64,000 nt of DNA. Origin: a virus (lineage: Duplodnaviria; Caudoviricetes). The translations under genes and the position numbers were made by a program. Location: the IMG/VR virus record IMGVR_UViG_3300042946_000581, positions 34,691 to 98,690 of that record; one strand, written 5' to 3'. The notes beneath the pieces were generated by a model. It did not search any database. It saw only the letters and a program-made list of their open reading frames with translations, and was not told where the DNA came from. Shown piece after piece: positions 8,800 to 19,753 of the stretch. Position 1 is the stretch's first letter, and every line of letters begins with the position of its first letter.

Positions 8800-10263
8800 T
8801 TATTTATAGTTCACAATTTGGAACTTTATTTGTCTTTTATAGGTATTAACTTCCCCACTACTTTCAACTTTAATATCAACATAATATTCATTTGGAATTT
8901 TATCTCTTGTATCAAAGATAAAATAGTATTCATTTGGAGTTCTATTAATTTGAGTCCAATCTTGAACTTGGACTTCGGTTTGACCTTCTCTTACATATAC
9001 ACGATAATAAGCACTTACTTTTGGTAATAATCTATTTGTTGTATAAGCTTGTTTAATAATAACCCCAACTTTTCTTATATCGGTATTAAATATTTTTTCA
9101 TCTTGTTTAATTCCATAATAATCAAATCCATATATTTTGGGGTTTTGAGAATTTGTACCAATTTGAATAGAATTCTTCATTGGTTGTAATGTAAAATCAT
9201 TTGTGATTGGATTAATTGGAAAACCATTAATACTTAGGTTATACCATTTATCTGAGAATGTACAAGGTGTTTTATACCCCATAAGTGGTGGAATTGTCAC
9301 CTCATATACCCCTTGAGTTCTTTGACAGCCAGTTAAACCTGTTAATCCAGGTATTGGGTTACCGGAATTGTCAATGATATTAATTAATGGAAGAAAATCT
9401 AAATTGAGTGGATTACCATCTTCATAAAGATAAAGATATAATTTATTAACTTTACCTAGGGTAAATAAATTTCTATCATCTTCTATTAAATCATTATAAG
9501 ATGTATCCAAATGTGGTTCATAGAACGTTTGAGTATGTCTTGTAAAGAATTGAACTTCATATGTGTCAGTTAAACCTGAGAACAATTCAAGTTGGGGTTT
9601 GTAAGCTATAACCCAACCTGTAACGCCAGATATTGTATTGTTTAATATACCATTTATTTCATTGGTCATATCAAATTCAATATTCTCATCACCGAACTCA
9701 AAATGTTGTTCTGCCACCAATGTTAATGCTGAGAATGGGACAGGAGATAAATTTCTATTGTTATAGATACCATTTTCTTCCCATACACCAATGGTTGTTG
9801 TTTCAAACCAATTTGAAGGTCTTGTTGAATAATTTCTATCCGTTATTACATATTGATATTGTAAATCTGCGAAATCATAACCAACACCTTCGTCCCAAAT
9901 TTGTGGTAAACTTGGGTCAAAATTAATTGGAGGAATTCTTAATAATAATAAATCAAATGATGTTGCTCTTAATCTTCCTTGTGATGTGAATGTGTTTAAT
10001 AATTCAATATCAAAGTTAGAGGTATTTGTCATTCTCAACGTATGTTTCATTGTTGAACAAGTTGTTGATATAACGCCATTTGTTAGTTTGGCTATAAGAG
10101 AATCCAAATCTAAATCAAAAATGAATCTACTGTAACCTATTGGATATTGTGATATTGCTGTAGTTCCAAAAAATAGTTCTGTTACTGGGTTTCTGCCAGT
10201 ATTGGTATAACTATTGTATATTAATGTATTATTTCTACTGAAATATGATTTGTGGATTGACAT
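8800..10263 (-). CDS. putative virion structural (baseplate-region) protein
   Basis: 487-aa beta-rich ORF downstream of the gp5-like gene; ATATTTAT motif at 10279-10286. Confidence 0.55.
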   Translation of the reverse strand: MSIHKSYFSRNNTLIYNSYTNTGRNPVTELFFGTTAISQYPIGYSRFIFDLDLDSLIAKLTNGVISTTCSTMKHTLRMTNTSNFDIELLNTFTSQGRLRATSFDLLLLRIPPINFDPSLPQIWDEGVGYDFADLQYQYVITDRNYSTRPSNWFETTTIGVWEENGIYNNRNLSPVPFSALTLVAEQHFEFGDENIEFDMTNEINGILNNTISGVTGWVIAYKPQLELFSGLTDTYEVQFFTRHTQTFYEPHLDTSYNDLIEDDRNLFTLGKVNKLYLYLYEDGNPLNLDFLPLINIIDNSGNPIPGLTGLTGCQRTQGVYEVTIPPLMGYKTPCTFSDKWYNLSINGFPINPITNDFTLQPMKNSIQIGTNSQNPKIYGFDYYGIKQDEKIFNTDIRKVGVIIKQAYTTNRLLPKVSAYYRVYVREGQTEVQVQDWTQINRTPNEYYFIFDTRDKIPNEYYVDIKVESSGEVNTYKRQIKFQIVNYK

Positions 10264-10285
10264 TTATATTCTTTATACATAAATA

Positions 10286-11863
10286 TCAATTAATTCTAAT
10301 ATTTTGATTTAGGATTAAACTTTCAGCATTATTCAATAAAGTTTCAATATCTTCAAGTCTTTGTCCATTCCCACTTGCACGTTTAGCTGGTTTAATAATT
10401 GCAATTGGATGAACGTGTCCTTCCAAGAAGGCATACATCTTTCTTAGTAGTTCAATAATTACTTCACCTCTAACGGTTGAATACGTTAGGTTTTGTAAGG
10501 ATGTTTCACCCCTAACGAAGGAATTCTGTGGTATACCATAGATAGTGTCTTGTAAGTCAATTTTTTGTTTTGAACTAGTTGCATCTTGGGATAATAAATA
10601 AATCTTTTGTGCTCCCATAACACCATAACTTATTGGTTCGGATTTAAATGAAGTTGGGAATACTGTATCTGTTACTACATCATATTGAGTACCATATATT
10701 GGTCTTTCTCCATTTCTACCTGATACTAGAAAATAACCACTTTCTTTTGACCCGTAATCTAAAAGAATTTTAGAACTAAATTTTAAAAAATTTGTGGTTT
10801 CGGTATTTAATGTTGTTGATGTAAAACTATTACCTAATTCGTATGTTAATTGTGATGGAGTAACAACAAATGGAAACGAGTTTTGGAAGGCTGTTTGATT
10901 TGGGGAAGAATAACCACTATAAGTTAGAAACCCTTCAAACACACCTTTGATAAATGTGTTGATGATATAAACAGTTTCATCAAAAGTTTTTCCCGCTATA
11001 TCAATTTTAGCATCAGTTGGTTTTAAGGTTGTACCAATGTTTAAATTTAATATTGTCTGAGGATTAAAATTTGATGTATCAAATCTTAAGTCTTCCTTGT
11101 TGTATGAATATAATTGGACAAATCCGTTAAATACATTTTGTGTATTTTCAAGATTATCAATATGCCAAACAACAACCTTTTCAATTGATTTAATAACCTC
11201 CTTTAATGAGGTTGTTTTTTGTGGTGATTCTTTGGTTTCTTGAATTGGGAAATAAGATAATTGTAAGAATGCTCTGTTATTATTTGGTATTGGTAATTTA
11301 CTATATTTTAATTCTGGTGTTTTTCCAGCACGTAACAATACTTCATTTTCTTTCAATATTAAATCAGCCGTACCTCTACCTAAAATACCAACATCTTGTG
11401 GTTTTGGGAATATACCTTCAACACTACCCCCACTTGAAGACAGATACGATCCATCAGGGTTACGAAGAGCTAAACCTTGTGAAATTCTAGTTCCGGTTGC
11501 CAAGAATTTTTTAGCTCCTTGGAAATTCTCAAATGGACTTAATAATGGGCTTGAGAATGGTCCTTGAATATAGAATTGATTTATTCTTTTATATTCTTTG
11601 TTCATATAGATTATATGAACATATTCATTAATTTGAGGCACTTGACTAACAAAAAATGGTAATAATGGTAAAAAAACAATTGGGTCTTTAGTAGTCCATT
11701 TCATTTTTTCTTCATCCCAATCATTAATTGCTCCAATAATTGCCGTATAATCATCTGTTTCAGGAATAACACGAAGTCTTCCTAACATCATTGGGTCATT
11801 ATTATCTAATACTCTACCCGCAAATATTATTTGATGTTCATTTTGTTTAGTTATTTCACTCAT
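10286..11863 (-). CDS. gp5/VgrG-like baseplate hub or spike protein
   Basis: N-terminal OB-fold motif GRVLDNNDPMMLGRLRV...P..NEYV; C-terminal HVHP spike-tip motif. Confidence 0.65.
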   Translation of the reverse strand: MSEITKQNEHQIIFAGRVLDNNDPMMLGRLRVIPETDDYTAIIGAINDWDEEKMKWTTKDPIVFLPLLPFFVSQVPQINEYVHIIYMNKEYKRINQFYIQGPFSSPLLSPFENFQGAKKFLATGTRISQGLALRNPDGSYLSSSGGSVEGIFPKPQDVGILGRGTADLILKENEVLLRAGKTPELKYSKLPIPNNNRAFLQLSYFPIQETKESPQKTTSLKEVIKSIEKVVVWHIDNLENTQNVFNGFVQLYSYNKEDLRFDTSNFNPQTILNLNIGTTLKPTDAKIDIAGKTFDETVYIINTFIKGVFEGFLTYSGYSSPNQTAFQNSFPFVVTPSQLTYELGNSFTSTTLNTETTNFLKFSSKILLDYGSKESGYFLVSGRNGERPIYGTQYDVVTDTVFPTSFKSEPISYGVMGAQKIYLLSQDATSSKQKIDLQDTIYGIPQNSFVRGETSLQNLTYSTVRGEVIIELLRKMYAFLEGHVHPIAIIKPAKRASGNGQRLEDIETLLNNAESLILNQNIRIN

Positions 11864-12072
11864 TTGTTAACTCTACTTTCGTATTCTTTTAAGATTGTGT
11901 TATATGTCAATTCCAACTTATCTAAGTGTTCTGTTAATTTGATAAGAGTTTCTTTAGTGAATTTAAAATCTTCTTGGATAAAATCCATAGCAAATGTTAA
12001 ATCTCTATTTGGTGAAGATTTGTAATCTTTAATTATTTTTAGTGCTTTTTCAGCTTGTTCTTTTTTATCCAT
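11860..12072 (-). CDS. hypothetical coiled-coil protein
   Basis: 70-aa ORF with an ATGA overlap to the next gene. Confidence 0.6.
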   Translation of the reverse strand: MDKKEQAEKALKIIKDYKSSPNRDLTFAMDFIQEDFKFTKETLIKLTEHLDKLELTYNTILKEYESRVNK

Positions 12073-12076
12073 ATTT

Positions 12077-14197
12077 TTAAAGACCTAAACCAAATGCTAC
12101 ATTTGGAACAGTTAATCCAGCAGGTGTTACTGCTGTAGGTTTTAATGCAACCGAAACTTTACGATTTGTATTTTCTCTTTCAGTACCTTTTATGTTACCA
12201 AAAACTGATAGCACTGTTAAATTTGGTGAACCATCTGGCATTGGTCCTGTTGGGATTCCTAATTTCTGCATCTCCTCAATAGTATTAATAAATGCTCTTG
12301 ACTCAGAAAATCCATCCAAAAACTCAGAAGCAAATAATAATGGGAGTGGAATTTGATTTATTGCACCAGCTAAAGCACCTAAAACTCCACCTGAACTACC
12401 ATTTGAGTTTTCTTCATCTTCATCACTACCATCACTTTTGGTTGTACTACCATCACGATTACCTTCTTTTTTACTAATACCATCAATGAAATTAGTTGTA
12501 GCATCTGTGGCGGTTTCAATACCTTTGGTTACTGCTTTTGCGGTTTTGCTTAACCCTTTTGCCACACCTGGAAATTCTAGTGTTAAACTAATTATTTTTA
12601 ATAGTTCATCCACAACATTTTTACATTTTCTCCAATCGGTTATTAATTGTCCAACCAATAATAAAATTTGAATTAGTTTTAGAATTATTACATTCGTTTT
12701 TCTTTTCTTTTCATCTTCAATATCTTGTATAGTTGAGTCAATCAATTTTAATAAATCCTTTTTAATCTTATTATATAATGTTTCAATGAATTGAGCCCCA
12801 ACTCTTGAAATCAAATTAACCATAAATTTTTTGAATTTTTTTGTAAATTCAATAAGATTATCATTAAGATTAATATCTTGTTGCCCTAATGATAATAACA
12901 TCGTATAAAAAGGTAATAAAACTTTTGGACTTAATAATGAGAAAACAACTCCTTGTCCCATTAATTTAATAAAGTTTGCGTCAACGGCCGCAACAATATT
13001 ACCCCCAGGTATATTAATATTCCAGTTTGGATTATTAGTTACAGATTGGGTTATTTGACTAGCAGCATTAACTTGGTCTTCATCAGGAACAAATCTTAAA
13101 GCATCCAATGCACCTACAATACTATCGACATCAACTGGTAATTCTACATTACCACAATCAACATATTGTACTACACCTTTTTTAATATTACTAATTCTGA
13201 TTTCAATGTTTCTTAAATCAATTGCACTAAATTCAAAAAAAGAATCATCAATTGGGTCATCTTGAGGCACTTTTGCGACACCACTAACATCAATTTCTTT
13301 TCTATTGTCAAAACAAATCCCTAATATTCTTAGTAATAAAATTTGGAATTTAGAATTAACTTCAAGTTGATTAGAACCAGTATTTAATCCAATATCTAAA
13401 GCACCTGTTAATATATTCATTATGTTTGCTATAATATTATTGAATTCAACAACTCTAATTGATTTATAATAATCAAGTAAAAATTGTACAACAGTTGTTG
13501 CGTTAGCAAATCTTGGGGCTAATGTTATTTTAAACCAAGGCCCACCAATTGGGTTTGTTGGGTTTGTTTCGGTATATTCAATATCAAATAAATCTTGTCC
13601 TGATTGACCCTTGTATAATTGTCCTCCAGCTGTAAATGAATATGGCGTATTTGGTGTTTGTGTTAACGCATATAATTGTCTATTCATTGAAAACGGATTG
13701 TCCTGAATAACAATTGGGTTTTTTTCATACAAAAATTTACCAATATCATCATTGGGGTCTATTTTTAATAAACCCAATAAATCCAATGCTGCTACTTTTA
13801 TATAAATTACTTGTCCTGGTTGATATCTTTGTTGTTGGTCGCAACCAATGGCTTTGACTGTCTCGTCAAATAATATTTCCGAAAGAATTGGTTCAATTTT
13901 TTTTATTACCTTTAAAAGTAATTTCTTAATAAATCCAATAGTACCTTTTTCGTTATTATTTGATAAAGTTGCAACACCTAATAATCTATCAAGTTGACCT
14001 TGTGTATCTTTTTCAAATTTTTTTACTTTACCTTTTAACTCAGATAATTTATTTGATGTTGATTCTTTTAAATCATCAAAACTTTCCCCAACACTTTTTG
14101 TTACACTATTGTATTCTTTCTTAAGTTCGTTATATGATTGTGTTGCGGAAACTTTATCTCTGAGTTGTTTATAATCTGATTTTAAATCTAAACCCAT
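12077..14197 (-). CDS. large hypothetical (probably structural) protein
   Basis: 706-aa ORF in an operon with the gp5-like gene; low-complexity S/D/E/G insert near the C-terminus. Confidence 0.6.
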   Translation of the reverse strand: MGLDLKSDYKQLRDKVSATQSYNELKKEYNSVTKSVGESFDDLKESTSNKLSELKGKVKKFEKDTQGQLDRLLGVATLSNNNEKGTIGFIKKLLLKVIKKIEPILSEILFDETVKAIGCDQQQRYQPGQVIYIKVAALDLLGLLKIDPNDDIGKFLYEKNPIVIQDNPFSMNRQLYALTQTPNTPYSFTAGGQLYKGQSGQDLFDIEYTETNPTNPIGGPWFKITLAPRFANATTVVQFLLDYYKSIRVVEFNNIIANIMNILTGALDIGLNTGSNQLEVNSKFQILLLRILGICFDNRKEIDVSGVAKVPQDDPIDDSFFEFSAIDLRNIEIRISNIKKGVVQYVDCGNVELPVDVDSIVGALDALRFVPDEDQVNAASQITQSVTNNPNWNINIPGGNIVAAVDANFIKLMGQGVVFSLLSPKVLLPFYTMLLSLGQQDINLNDNLIEFTKKFKKFMVNLISRVGAQFIETLYNKIKKDLLKLIDSTIQDIEDEKKRKTNVIILKLIQILLLVGQLITDWRKCKNVVDELLKIISLTLEFPGVAKGLSKTAKAVTKGIETATDATTNFIDGISKKEGNRDGSTTKSDGSDEDEENSNGSSGGVLGALAGAINQIPLPLLFASEFLDGFSESRAFINTIEEMQKLGIPTGPMPDGSPNLTVLSVFGNIKGTERENTNRKVSVALKPTAVTPAGLTVPNVAFGLGL

Positions 14198-14571
14198 TAT
14201 TTTTTCATTTTGTATTGGTTGTCTGACTTAGTAATATCTCTCTCCATTAAATCTTTAATAATATCATCATCCATATTAATATCTGAAATAGAAAATGATT
14301 CTTTCGTAGAGTTTGTTTTTTCCCAAATTGAAGCTTGTAATTTAGAAAGAGATAATTTTTTTTCAACACAATCATTGATTATTTTTTGTTGTTTTTCAAT
14401 AACAGGCCCTATAAGAGTCATATCTTCAGGTTCTTTCATCATTGTCAACATTTTGTTTTGAATACGCATTGCGGTATTTCTCTGTTCTACAAGTTCATTG
14501 TAGATTTCCTGCATTAAGGATAAAATAGATTCCTTAGATAAATTAATTTCTTTTTTTAAAGGTCTTGCCAT
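14197..14571 (-). CDS. hypothetical coiled-coil protein
   Basis: 124-aa ORF; TAATG coupling to the next gene. Confidence 0.6.
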   Translation of the reverse strand: MARPLKKEINLSKESILSLMQEIYNELVEQRNTAMRIQNKMLTMMKEPEDMTLIGPVIEKQQKIINDCVEKKLSLSKLQASIWEKTNSTKESFSISDINMDDDIIKDLMERDITKSDNQYKMKK

Positions 14572-14583
14572 AATAGTAAATAT

Positions 14584-15336
14584 TTATCTAACCATTTTTT
14601 CAATCATATTAACATATAAAAATTTGAACTTTTTAAGTGATGAACGAATTTCTTTCGTACTCAAATTTGTCATTTCTCTTAATGATAATAAGATGATATT
14701 TTTATTGAATTTATTATTTGATGTACTAATAAATATTTTATCATAGTTTTCAAATATTTCATATAGAGCTTCACCTAATTTAATTTCATTTTCATTAAGC
14801 GTATTCTGCTTGAACACCTCATCCAATTCTTTTAAAAATCTTTTAATAACATCATCCGCTTCTATGGATTCATTGTCAATACTGTATGAAAGGTTTTCAT
14901 CGTTTTCCAAATCAGATGAAATATCTTCATATGATACCTTTCTATTTGTTTCTTTTTGGTCTTTTTGAATCTGACCCATTAAATAATGTTTGCATATTGT
15001 TCCAAAATAGGAATATGCTTTCTTTTCTTTTGATGGTTTAAATTTATCAATTTTTGTCATCAAAAAGGAGTGGGTGTCATGGTGAATTTCTTCAAATTCA
15101 ACGTCTTTACGATATAGTTTGTAAGTCCTTATAATTGAGGAAATCATTTTATCTATTGGATGTCTTAAAAAATCATTATAGATTTTGTTTTTTTCCTCAA
15201 AAGAATCGGCAATTAAAAAATCTCTAACTGCCAATTCTTGTATTTCACCAAAATAAATTTTATCTTTCTTGGGTTTTCTCCCCTTCTTTTTTGACTCTAA
15301 ACTTGTATCATCGGACAAATTTTTTTCATCTGTCAT
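14584..15336 (-). CDS. gp55-like late-transcription sigma factor
   Basis: KIDKFKPSKEKKAYSYFGTICKHYL resembles region 2 of T4 gp55-type sigmas (F.P.K...A+AYFT.I). Confidence 0.6.
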   Translation of the reverse strand: MTDEKNLSDDTSLESKKKGRKPKKDKIYFGEIQELAVRDFLIADSFEEKNKIYNDFLRHPIDKMISSIIRTYKLYRKDVEFEEIHHDTHSFLMTKIDKFKPSKEKKAYSYFGTICKHYLMGQIQKDQKETNRKVSYEDISSDLENDENLSYSIDNESIEADDVIKRFLKELDEVFKQNTLNENEIKLGEALYEIFENYDKIFISTSNNKFNKNIILLSLREMTNLSTKEIRSSLKKFKFLYVNMIEKMVR

Positions 15337-15344
15337 TAGATTTT

Positions 15345-16139
15345 TTAAGATTGGTATTTTATTGCTCTATCTACAAGGAAAAAAGATTCTTTTTTGGCTG
15401 AGTCAATCCAAAATTGGATTTCTTCTTTACTAAGAACTTCATCCCCATTTTTATAATCCCAAAAGATAGAACCTTGTCTGAGATTGGTATGTTTATATCC
15501 AATTCTTGGAATGGTCATAATATTCACAGAATTATGTGTTAGACGTAAAAATAATTCATAACCAAATGTGAGTTTAAACGAAGGTTTAAGTAGTCCAAAA
15601 TCAACAAATGATGACCTTTTAATGACCATACCAGACATTTGGAAATTCTGATAACTCAAAAGTGTTTCATTGGTTAATATACCTATTTCACTAGAAATAT
15701 TTACAGCAAATGTTGCCTCATTGGTAAATCCAGCAAATTGTCCATTCTCAGTTACATCAACAACAATTGGTAAGAAACAATTGGTGTCTTTATAGATTTT
15801 AGAATATTTGTCAACATTCTTAAACCAAATTTTAGAATACTCATCATCAAATTCAAAAATTGATATCCATTTTGATTTTGCAATTCTTGCTCCGTGATTT
15901 ACTTGTTCAGCAAAACCAGGTTTTTTAGTCCACACTTCTCTAGTCACATTGATTCCACTAAAATCGTATGTATCTAAAAATTCAACCAATTTCGTTTCAT
16001 CGGTATGAACAAGAATTAATTCATTAATCTCAACTTCTTGGGTTTTGATTGATGTTATTGCTTTGTTAAAATAATCCTCAAACCAAGGGTGTGATGAAGA
16101 TTTAAGTGGTAGTATTACTGATAAATCAAATTTTTCCAT
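15345..16139 (-). CDS. GT2-family glycosyltransferase
   Basis: Likely start MEKFDLSVILP at 16139, which avoids overlap with the upstream gene; FEFDD motif. Confidence 0.75.
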   Translation of the reverse strand: MEKFDLSVILPLKSSSHPWFEDYFNKAITSIKTQEVEINELILVHTDETKLVEFLDTYDFSGINVTREVWTKKPGFAEQVNHGARIAKSKWISIFEFDDEYSKIWFKNVDKYSKIYKDTNCFLPIVVDVTENGQFAGFTNEATFAVNISSEIGILTNETLLSYQNFQMSGMVIKRSSFVDFGLLKPSFKLTFGYELFLRLTHNSVNIMTIPRIGYKHTNLRQGSIFWDYKNGDEVLSKEEIQFWIDSAKKESFFLVDRAIKYQS

Positions 16140-16140
16140 A

Positions 16141-17199
16141 TTATTCAACGGTTTGTAATTTATTATATTGTTCCTCAAAGGATTTAAGTCTAACGTCCAA
16201 ATATCCTTCAAATTTATTTAATACATTGTCTTTGAATGTTTCAGATGTTGGTAAATTTTCAACAACCTTTTTCATCTCATTTAACAAAGTATCACTAATA
16301 TTATCTTCTAACCAATTTTGTAAGAAATCGGCAACATAGTCAGATAAATCATTTTTATTACTAATCCATATTCCATTATCCTCAGACATCCATTGTGGAA
16401 TCATTCTTGGTCCAATACCTAAACAAGGTACACCACATTTCATTGATTCTAATGGGAATGTACCATATGCACTTGTTTCATCAATCCAAACCGACATAAA
16501 TGATTTCTGTAAAACATTTGCAAATTCTTTTTCACTAATTGCTCTCATATCTTTAAATGTAATCCATCTATATTGGGGGAATTTAAGATAAAAATTCTTA
16601 ATCATATTTAAGGCTTCACGTTGTTCTCTGGCGTGAATTGCGATAATTGGATTTGCAGGGTATTCTGATGGTTTAAAATCATCTGAGATATATGGTTCAA
16701 TAACGTCAATTGATATATTTTTCATTATATTTGAAATATATTCCTTTTGTTGTTCTGAAGTTGTAATACATTTCATAAATCCAAGTTGTGCCCAAGATTG
16801 ACCTGGTTGTAAAGTTTCCAATATGTGGTCATACGCTTGAGATAAAACAATTTTACCACAAGGTAAATTACTGATTTGACTCATTACAAAACCATATAGT
16901 TCTGGGATAATAATGAAATCTTCTGGAGCAACTTGTAGTTTTTGGCCATCAATTGATTGATGTTGGAGTTCCATATATTTTGAATCCAACCAATTTGATA
17001 CGCCAACATAATCATTCTTCTCGTGTAACATAACAACATTATATCCACCCTCAGATAGAACATATGCCATACGATAAATGTAGGCAACGGATGCTTTTGC
17101 GTTACCTTTGGTGTCTTGAATTAAGAAATAGATAACTGATTTTTTACTTTTTAAATTTTCTATTGATTTTTCAATCTTTAAAATTTGTTCTGGTGTCAT
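16141..17199 (-). CDS. GT-B (GT4-like) glycosyltransferase
   Basis: YGTFPLESMKCGVPC motif. Confidence 0.7.
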   Translation of the reverse strand: MTPEQILKIEKSIENLKSKKSVIYFLIQDTKGNAKASVAYIYRMAYVLSEGGYNVVMLHEKNDYVGVSNWLDSKYMELQHQSIDGQKLQVAPEDFIIIPELYGFVMSQISNLPCGKIVLSQAYDHILETLQPGQSWAQLGFMKCITTSEQQKEYISNIMKNISIDVIEPYISDDFKPSEYPANPIIAIHAREQREALNMIKNFYLKFPQYRWITFKDMRAISEKEFANVLQKSFMSVWIDETSAYGTFPLESMKCGVPCLGIGPRMIPQWMSEDNGIWISNKNDLSDYVADFLQNWLEDNISDTLLNEMKKVVENLPTSETFKDNVLNKFEGYLDVRLKSFEEQYNKLQTVE

Positions 17200-17200
17200 A

Positions 17201-17470
17201 TTATATTTTGTTTATTAATTTTTTATATAGTAATGAATTGAAGGCTAATCTAAATGGCATTGATAATTCAGTACTTTTCATACCTAACGCTTCATCAGCT
17301 TCTTCATTTTCAACAATAAGTGTTTCTGTCATCATTTTAACCATTTCATATTTAACAACACTTATATGATTCTGTGGTATACCGGTATAGTTAGTTGGGG
17401 GTTCTACATTGATATATTTTTCAATTGCATCAATATCAAAGTAATAATTTTCACCTAATATTTTTAACAT
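17201..17470 (-). CDS. hypothetical protein
   Basis: 89-aa ORF within the operon. Confidence 0.6.
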   Translation of the reverse strand: MLKILGENYYFDIDAIEKYINVEPPTNYTGIPQNHISVVKYEMVKMMTETLIVENEEADEALGMKSTELSMPFRLAFNSLLYKKLINKI

Positions 17471-18114
17471 TCTGTTATTTGTTTTAAAATTCCTTTTAAA
17501 TCTTTAATTGAATTAATGGAATAATCTTTGTTTATATCCTTATTATATTCTGTTTCAAACTTTATCAAAATTTTTTCCTTTGGATGATTTAATAATAAGT
17601 TAGGGTTTGCCGTAAGTAAAACATCAAATTCATTCCATATTGAATTTATTGTGAAATTTGAATAAAAAATTACTTTCTCCAATTCACAACCAAACTTGGA
17701 TAAAAAGAAAAGTGTTGCGGGTTTTGATTTTCCAATTTCATCTGATAATATCATAAAATCCCATTGTTTCCTATTCTTAACATAAATGTCATTTAAGTCA
17801 TTAAATGTTGTCATTTCAGTTGATGGTGCATGTCCAAACAACTCCATACAATATTCTTCATACATAAATGAATAATATTCTTCCTCACTTTGAAAGGCAA
17901 AATGATTTTGTAAATCTAAAGTCGTTACTAGTGATAATATCTTATATTCGAATGGCTCAGATATTACTTCCAATTCAGTATTGCCTGATAAGTCAATTGT
18001 ATAGGTTTGGGATGGTATATCTTGATAACTCTCTATTAAATGTTTTTCATATAAATGTGTGAATTTACCAATGGTGTCTCTTAATACACCATTTACATCA
18101 ATAGCAATTCTCAT
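17464..18114 (-). CDS. HAD-fold 5'(3')-deoxyribonucleotidase-like protein
   Basis: N-terminal IAIDVNGVLRD and C-terminal TEYNK...I.SI.DL pattern; motif I reads DxN rather than DxD. Confidence 0.55.
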   Translation of the reverse strand: MRIAIDVNGVLRDTIGKFTHLYEKHLIESYQDIPSQTYTIDLSGNTELEVISEPFEYKILSLVTTLDLQNHFAFQSEEEYYSFMYEEYCMELFGHAPSTEMTTFNDLNDIYVKNRKQWDFMILSDEIGKSKPATLFFLSKFGCELEKVIFYSNFTINSIWNEFDVLLTANPNLLLNHPKEKILIKFETEYNKDINKDYSINSIKDLKGILKQITEC

Positions 18115-18836
18115 TCTTCGTATCTTTTTAATATTTTTCCGATTAATGGATTTCTAACCACATCTTTATTATCAAATTCAAAAACTCCAACATCATCCAA
18201 ACCTTTGAACTTCTTGATTGCGTCATATAATCCTGAGTGTGTCTTATCTTTGTATCTGTCGGTTTGTTCTAAGTCACCACTGATAAAAAATTTACTATTG
18301 AATCCAATCCTTGTCAAGAGTAATTTCATTTGATTAGGAGTCGAATTTTGAGCTTCCTCAAATATAAGAATGGAGTTATCAATGTTCATACCTCTCATAT
18401 AAGCCAAAGCGAAAACTTCAATAGCGTCAATGTCTTTTAATTTTTCTCTATTTTCTTTACCAATGATTTTATTCATTAAGTAATATGAGGGGAATATATA
18501 GGGGTCTAGTTTTTCTTCAACATTACCAGGTAGAGCACCTAATTTTTCTTCAGCTTCAACAGCAGGTCTAACAATAATAATTTTTTCGTAAGGTGTAGTT
18601 GGGTCTGATAAAATATCTAATGCGGCTTTCATCGCAATATATGATTTGCCAACACCAGCAGGGCCTGAACAAATTGTTATTTGATTTTTTTTCAACAAAT
18701 CATAATATAATTTTTGATTGTCAGATAAGAACTTTTCTTTGGATTTCTTTTTGATTATTTCACAAATAATTTCCTTTTTTGTTTTTTTTGTTTCCTCACT
18801 ATTCTGAGGTTGTACTGGTTTTTTTCTTGTTGCCAT
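18111..18836 (-). CDS. phoH: PhoH-like ATPase
   Basis: GPAGVGKS, RPAVEAEEKLGALPG, YMRG, EEAQN, LTRIG, GDLEQTD, VVRNPLI motifs. Confidence 0.95.
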   Translation of the reverse strand: MATRKKPVQPQNSEETKKTKKEIICEIIKKKSKEKFLSDNQKLYYDLLKKNQITICSGPAGVGKSYIAMKAALDILSDPTTPYEKIIIVRPAVEAEEKLGALPGNVEEKLDPYIFPSYYLMNKIIGKENREKLKDIDAIEVFALAYMRGMNIDNSILIFEEAQNSTPNQMKLLLTRIGFNSKFFISGDLEQTDRYKDKTHSGLYDAIKKFKGLDDVGVFEFDNKDVVRNPLIGKILKRYEE

Positions 18837-18863
18837 TTAATTTATATTTTTATAAAAATTAAT

Positions 18864-18871
18864 CAAATATA
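18864..18871 (-). promoter_or_regulatory. possible Bacteroidota -7 promoter element TATATTTG
   Basis: TANNTTTG match 27 nt upstream of phoH; no clear -33 element. Confidence 0.4.
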
Positions 18872-18890
18872 AAAAAAATCAAGAGTTACT

Positions 18891-19748
18891 TTATGTTTGA
18901 AGTTCTTTAATGAAATCACTTATTCTTTTTTCGTAAGTGTGATTATTTTTACTTTTTAAGTAACCATTGTTACTAATCAAATTTCTTTCAGTTTCATTTT
19001 CTAAATAAAACTTGATTTTATCTATCAAATCGTCTTTAGTTTCATAAACGACAATATCTTGATTAATATTGAATAATAATTCCAATCCTTCTGTATAATT
19101 TGTCACCAATAAAGTTTTACAACCTGTTGTTTCAAATGTCCTATAATTTATATCATTCGATATATTACGATTGAAATGAATTTTGTATGAGTTTATAGTT
19201 CTAACCATATCCTCACCAATAACAAAAATATCTTTTTTTATATTAAAAATATTTAGATAATTTATCCATTCACCTCTATTATTAATATTACCACAAAAAC
19301 CAACATCAATATTTTTCTCAATCTCCATCGGAGTTATTAATGTATCATCATAACAATTAGGAAACCACAAGGTATTACCACAATAGTCTTTAAAGTTAGG
19401 TAAATAAGATTTAGTTGAGTTTAATAGAAAATCTGGTTTTATTTGTTTCACCAAATTAATATGTTGGTCTAACACACAATGAGAATCTATTGACCAAAAT
19501 ATTTTTATTTTTTTACTATTTTTAATCTTGTCCAATGGTAACCAAGTGGGGGTATAATTTTCTAATAAAAAAATAACGTCAGCCCAACTCTCTAACAAAT
19601 TGAAATCATCATTAAAATTATGATGACCCAAACCCCACACAATACATTCAAATCCGTTTTTTTCAAATGATCTTTTTAATGAAAAACATTCTCTATAATT
19701 TCTATTTTTTTCGTGTCTTCCGTTTTCTTGTATTATTAATAATTTCAT
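18891..19748 (-). CDS. CgeB-like glycosyltransferase (Glyco_trans_1_2)
   Basis: DVGFCG, INYRTFE..GC..LLVT and HTYEKR motifs. Confidence 0.8.
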   Translation of the reverse strand: MKLLIIQENGRHEKNRNYRECFSLKRSFEKNGFECIVWGLGHHNFNDDFNLLESWADVIFLLENYTPTWLPLDKIKNSKKIKIFWSIDSHCVLDQHINLVKQIKPDFLLNSTKSYLPNFKDYCGNTLWFPNCYDDTLITPMEIEKNIDVGFCGNINNRGEWINYLNIFNIKKDIFVIGEDMVRTINSYKIHFNRNISNDINYRTFETTGCKTLLVTNYTEGLELLFNINQDIVVYETKDDLIDKIKFYLENETERNLISNNGYLKSKNNHTYEKRISDFIKELQT

Positions 19749-19753
19749 ATATA

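Noticed and set aside
16140-16211. N-terminal extension of the GT2 ORF listed from 16211
   Set aside because: It overlaps the upstream gene; the ATG at 16139 immediately after that gene's stop is the more plausible start.
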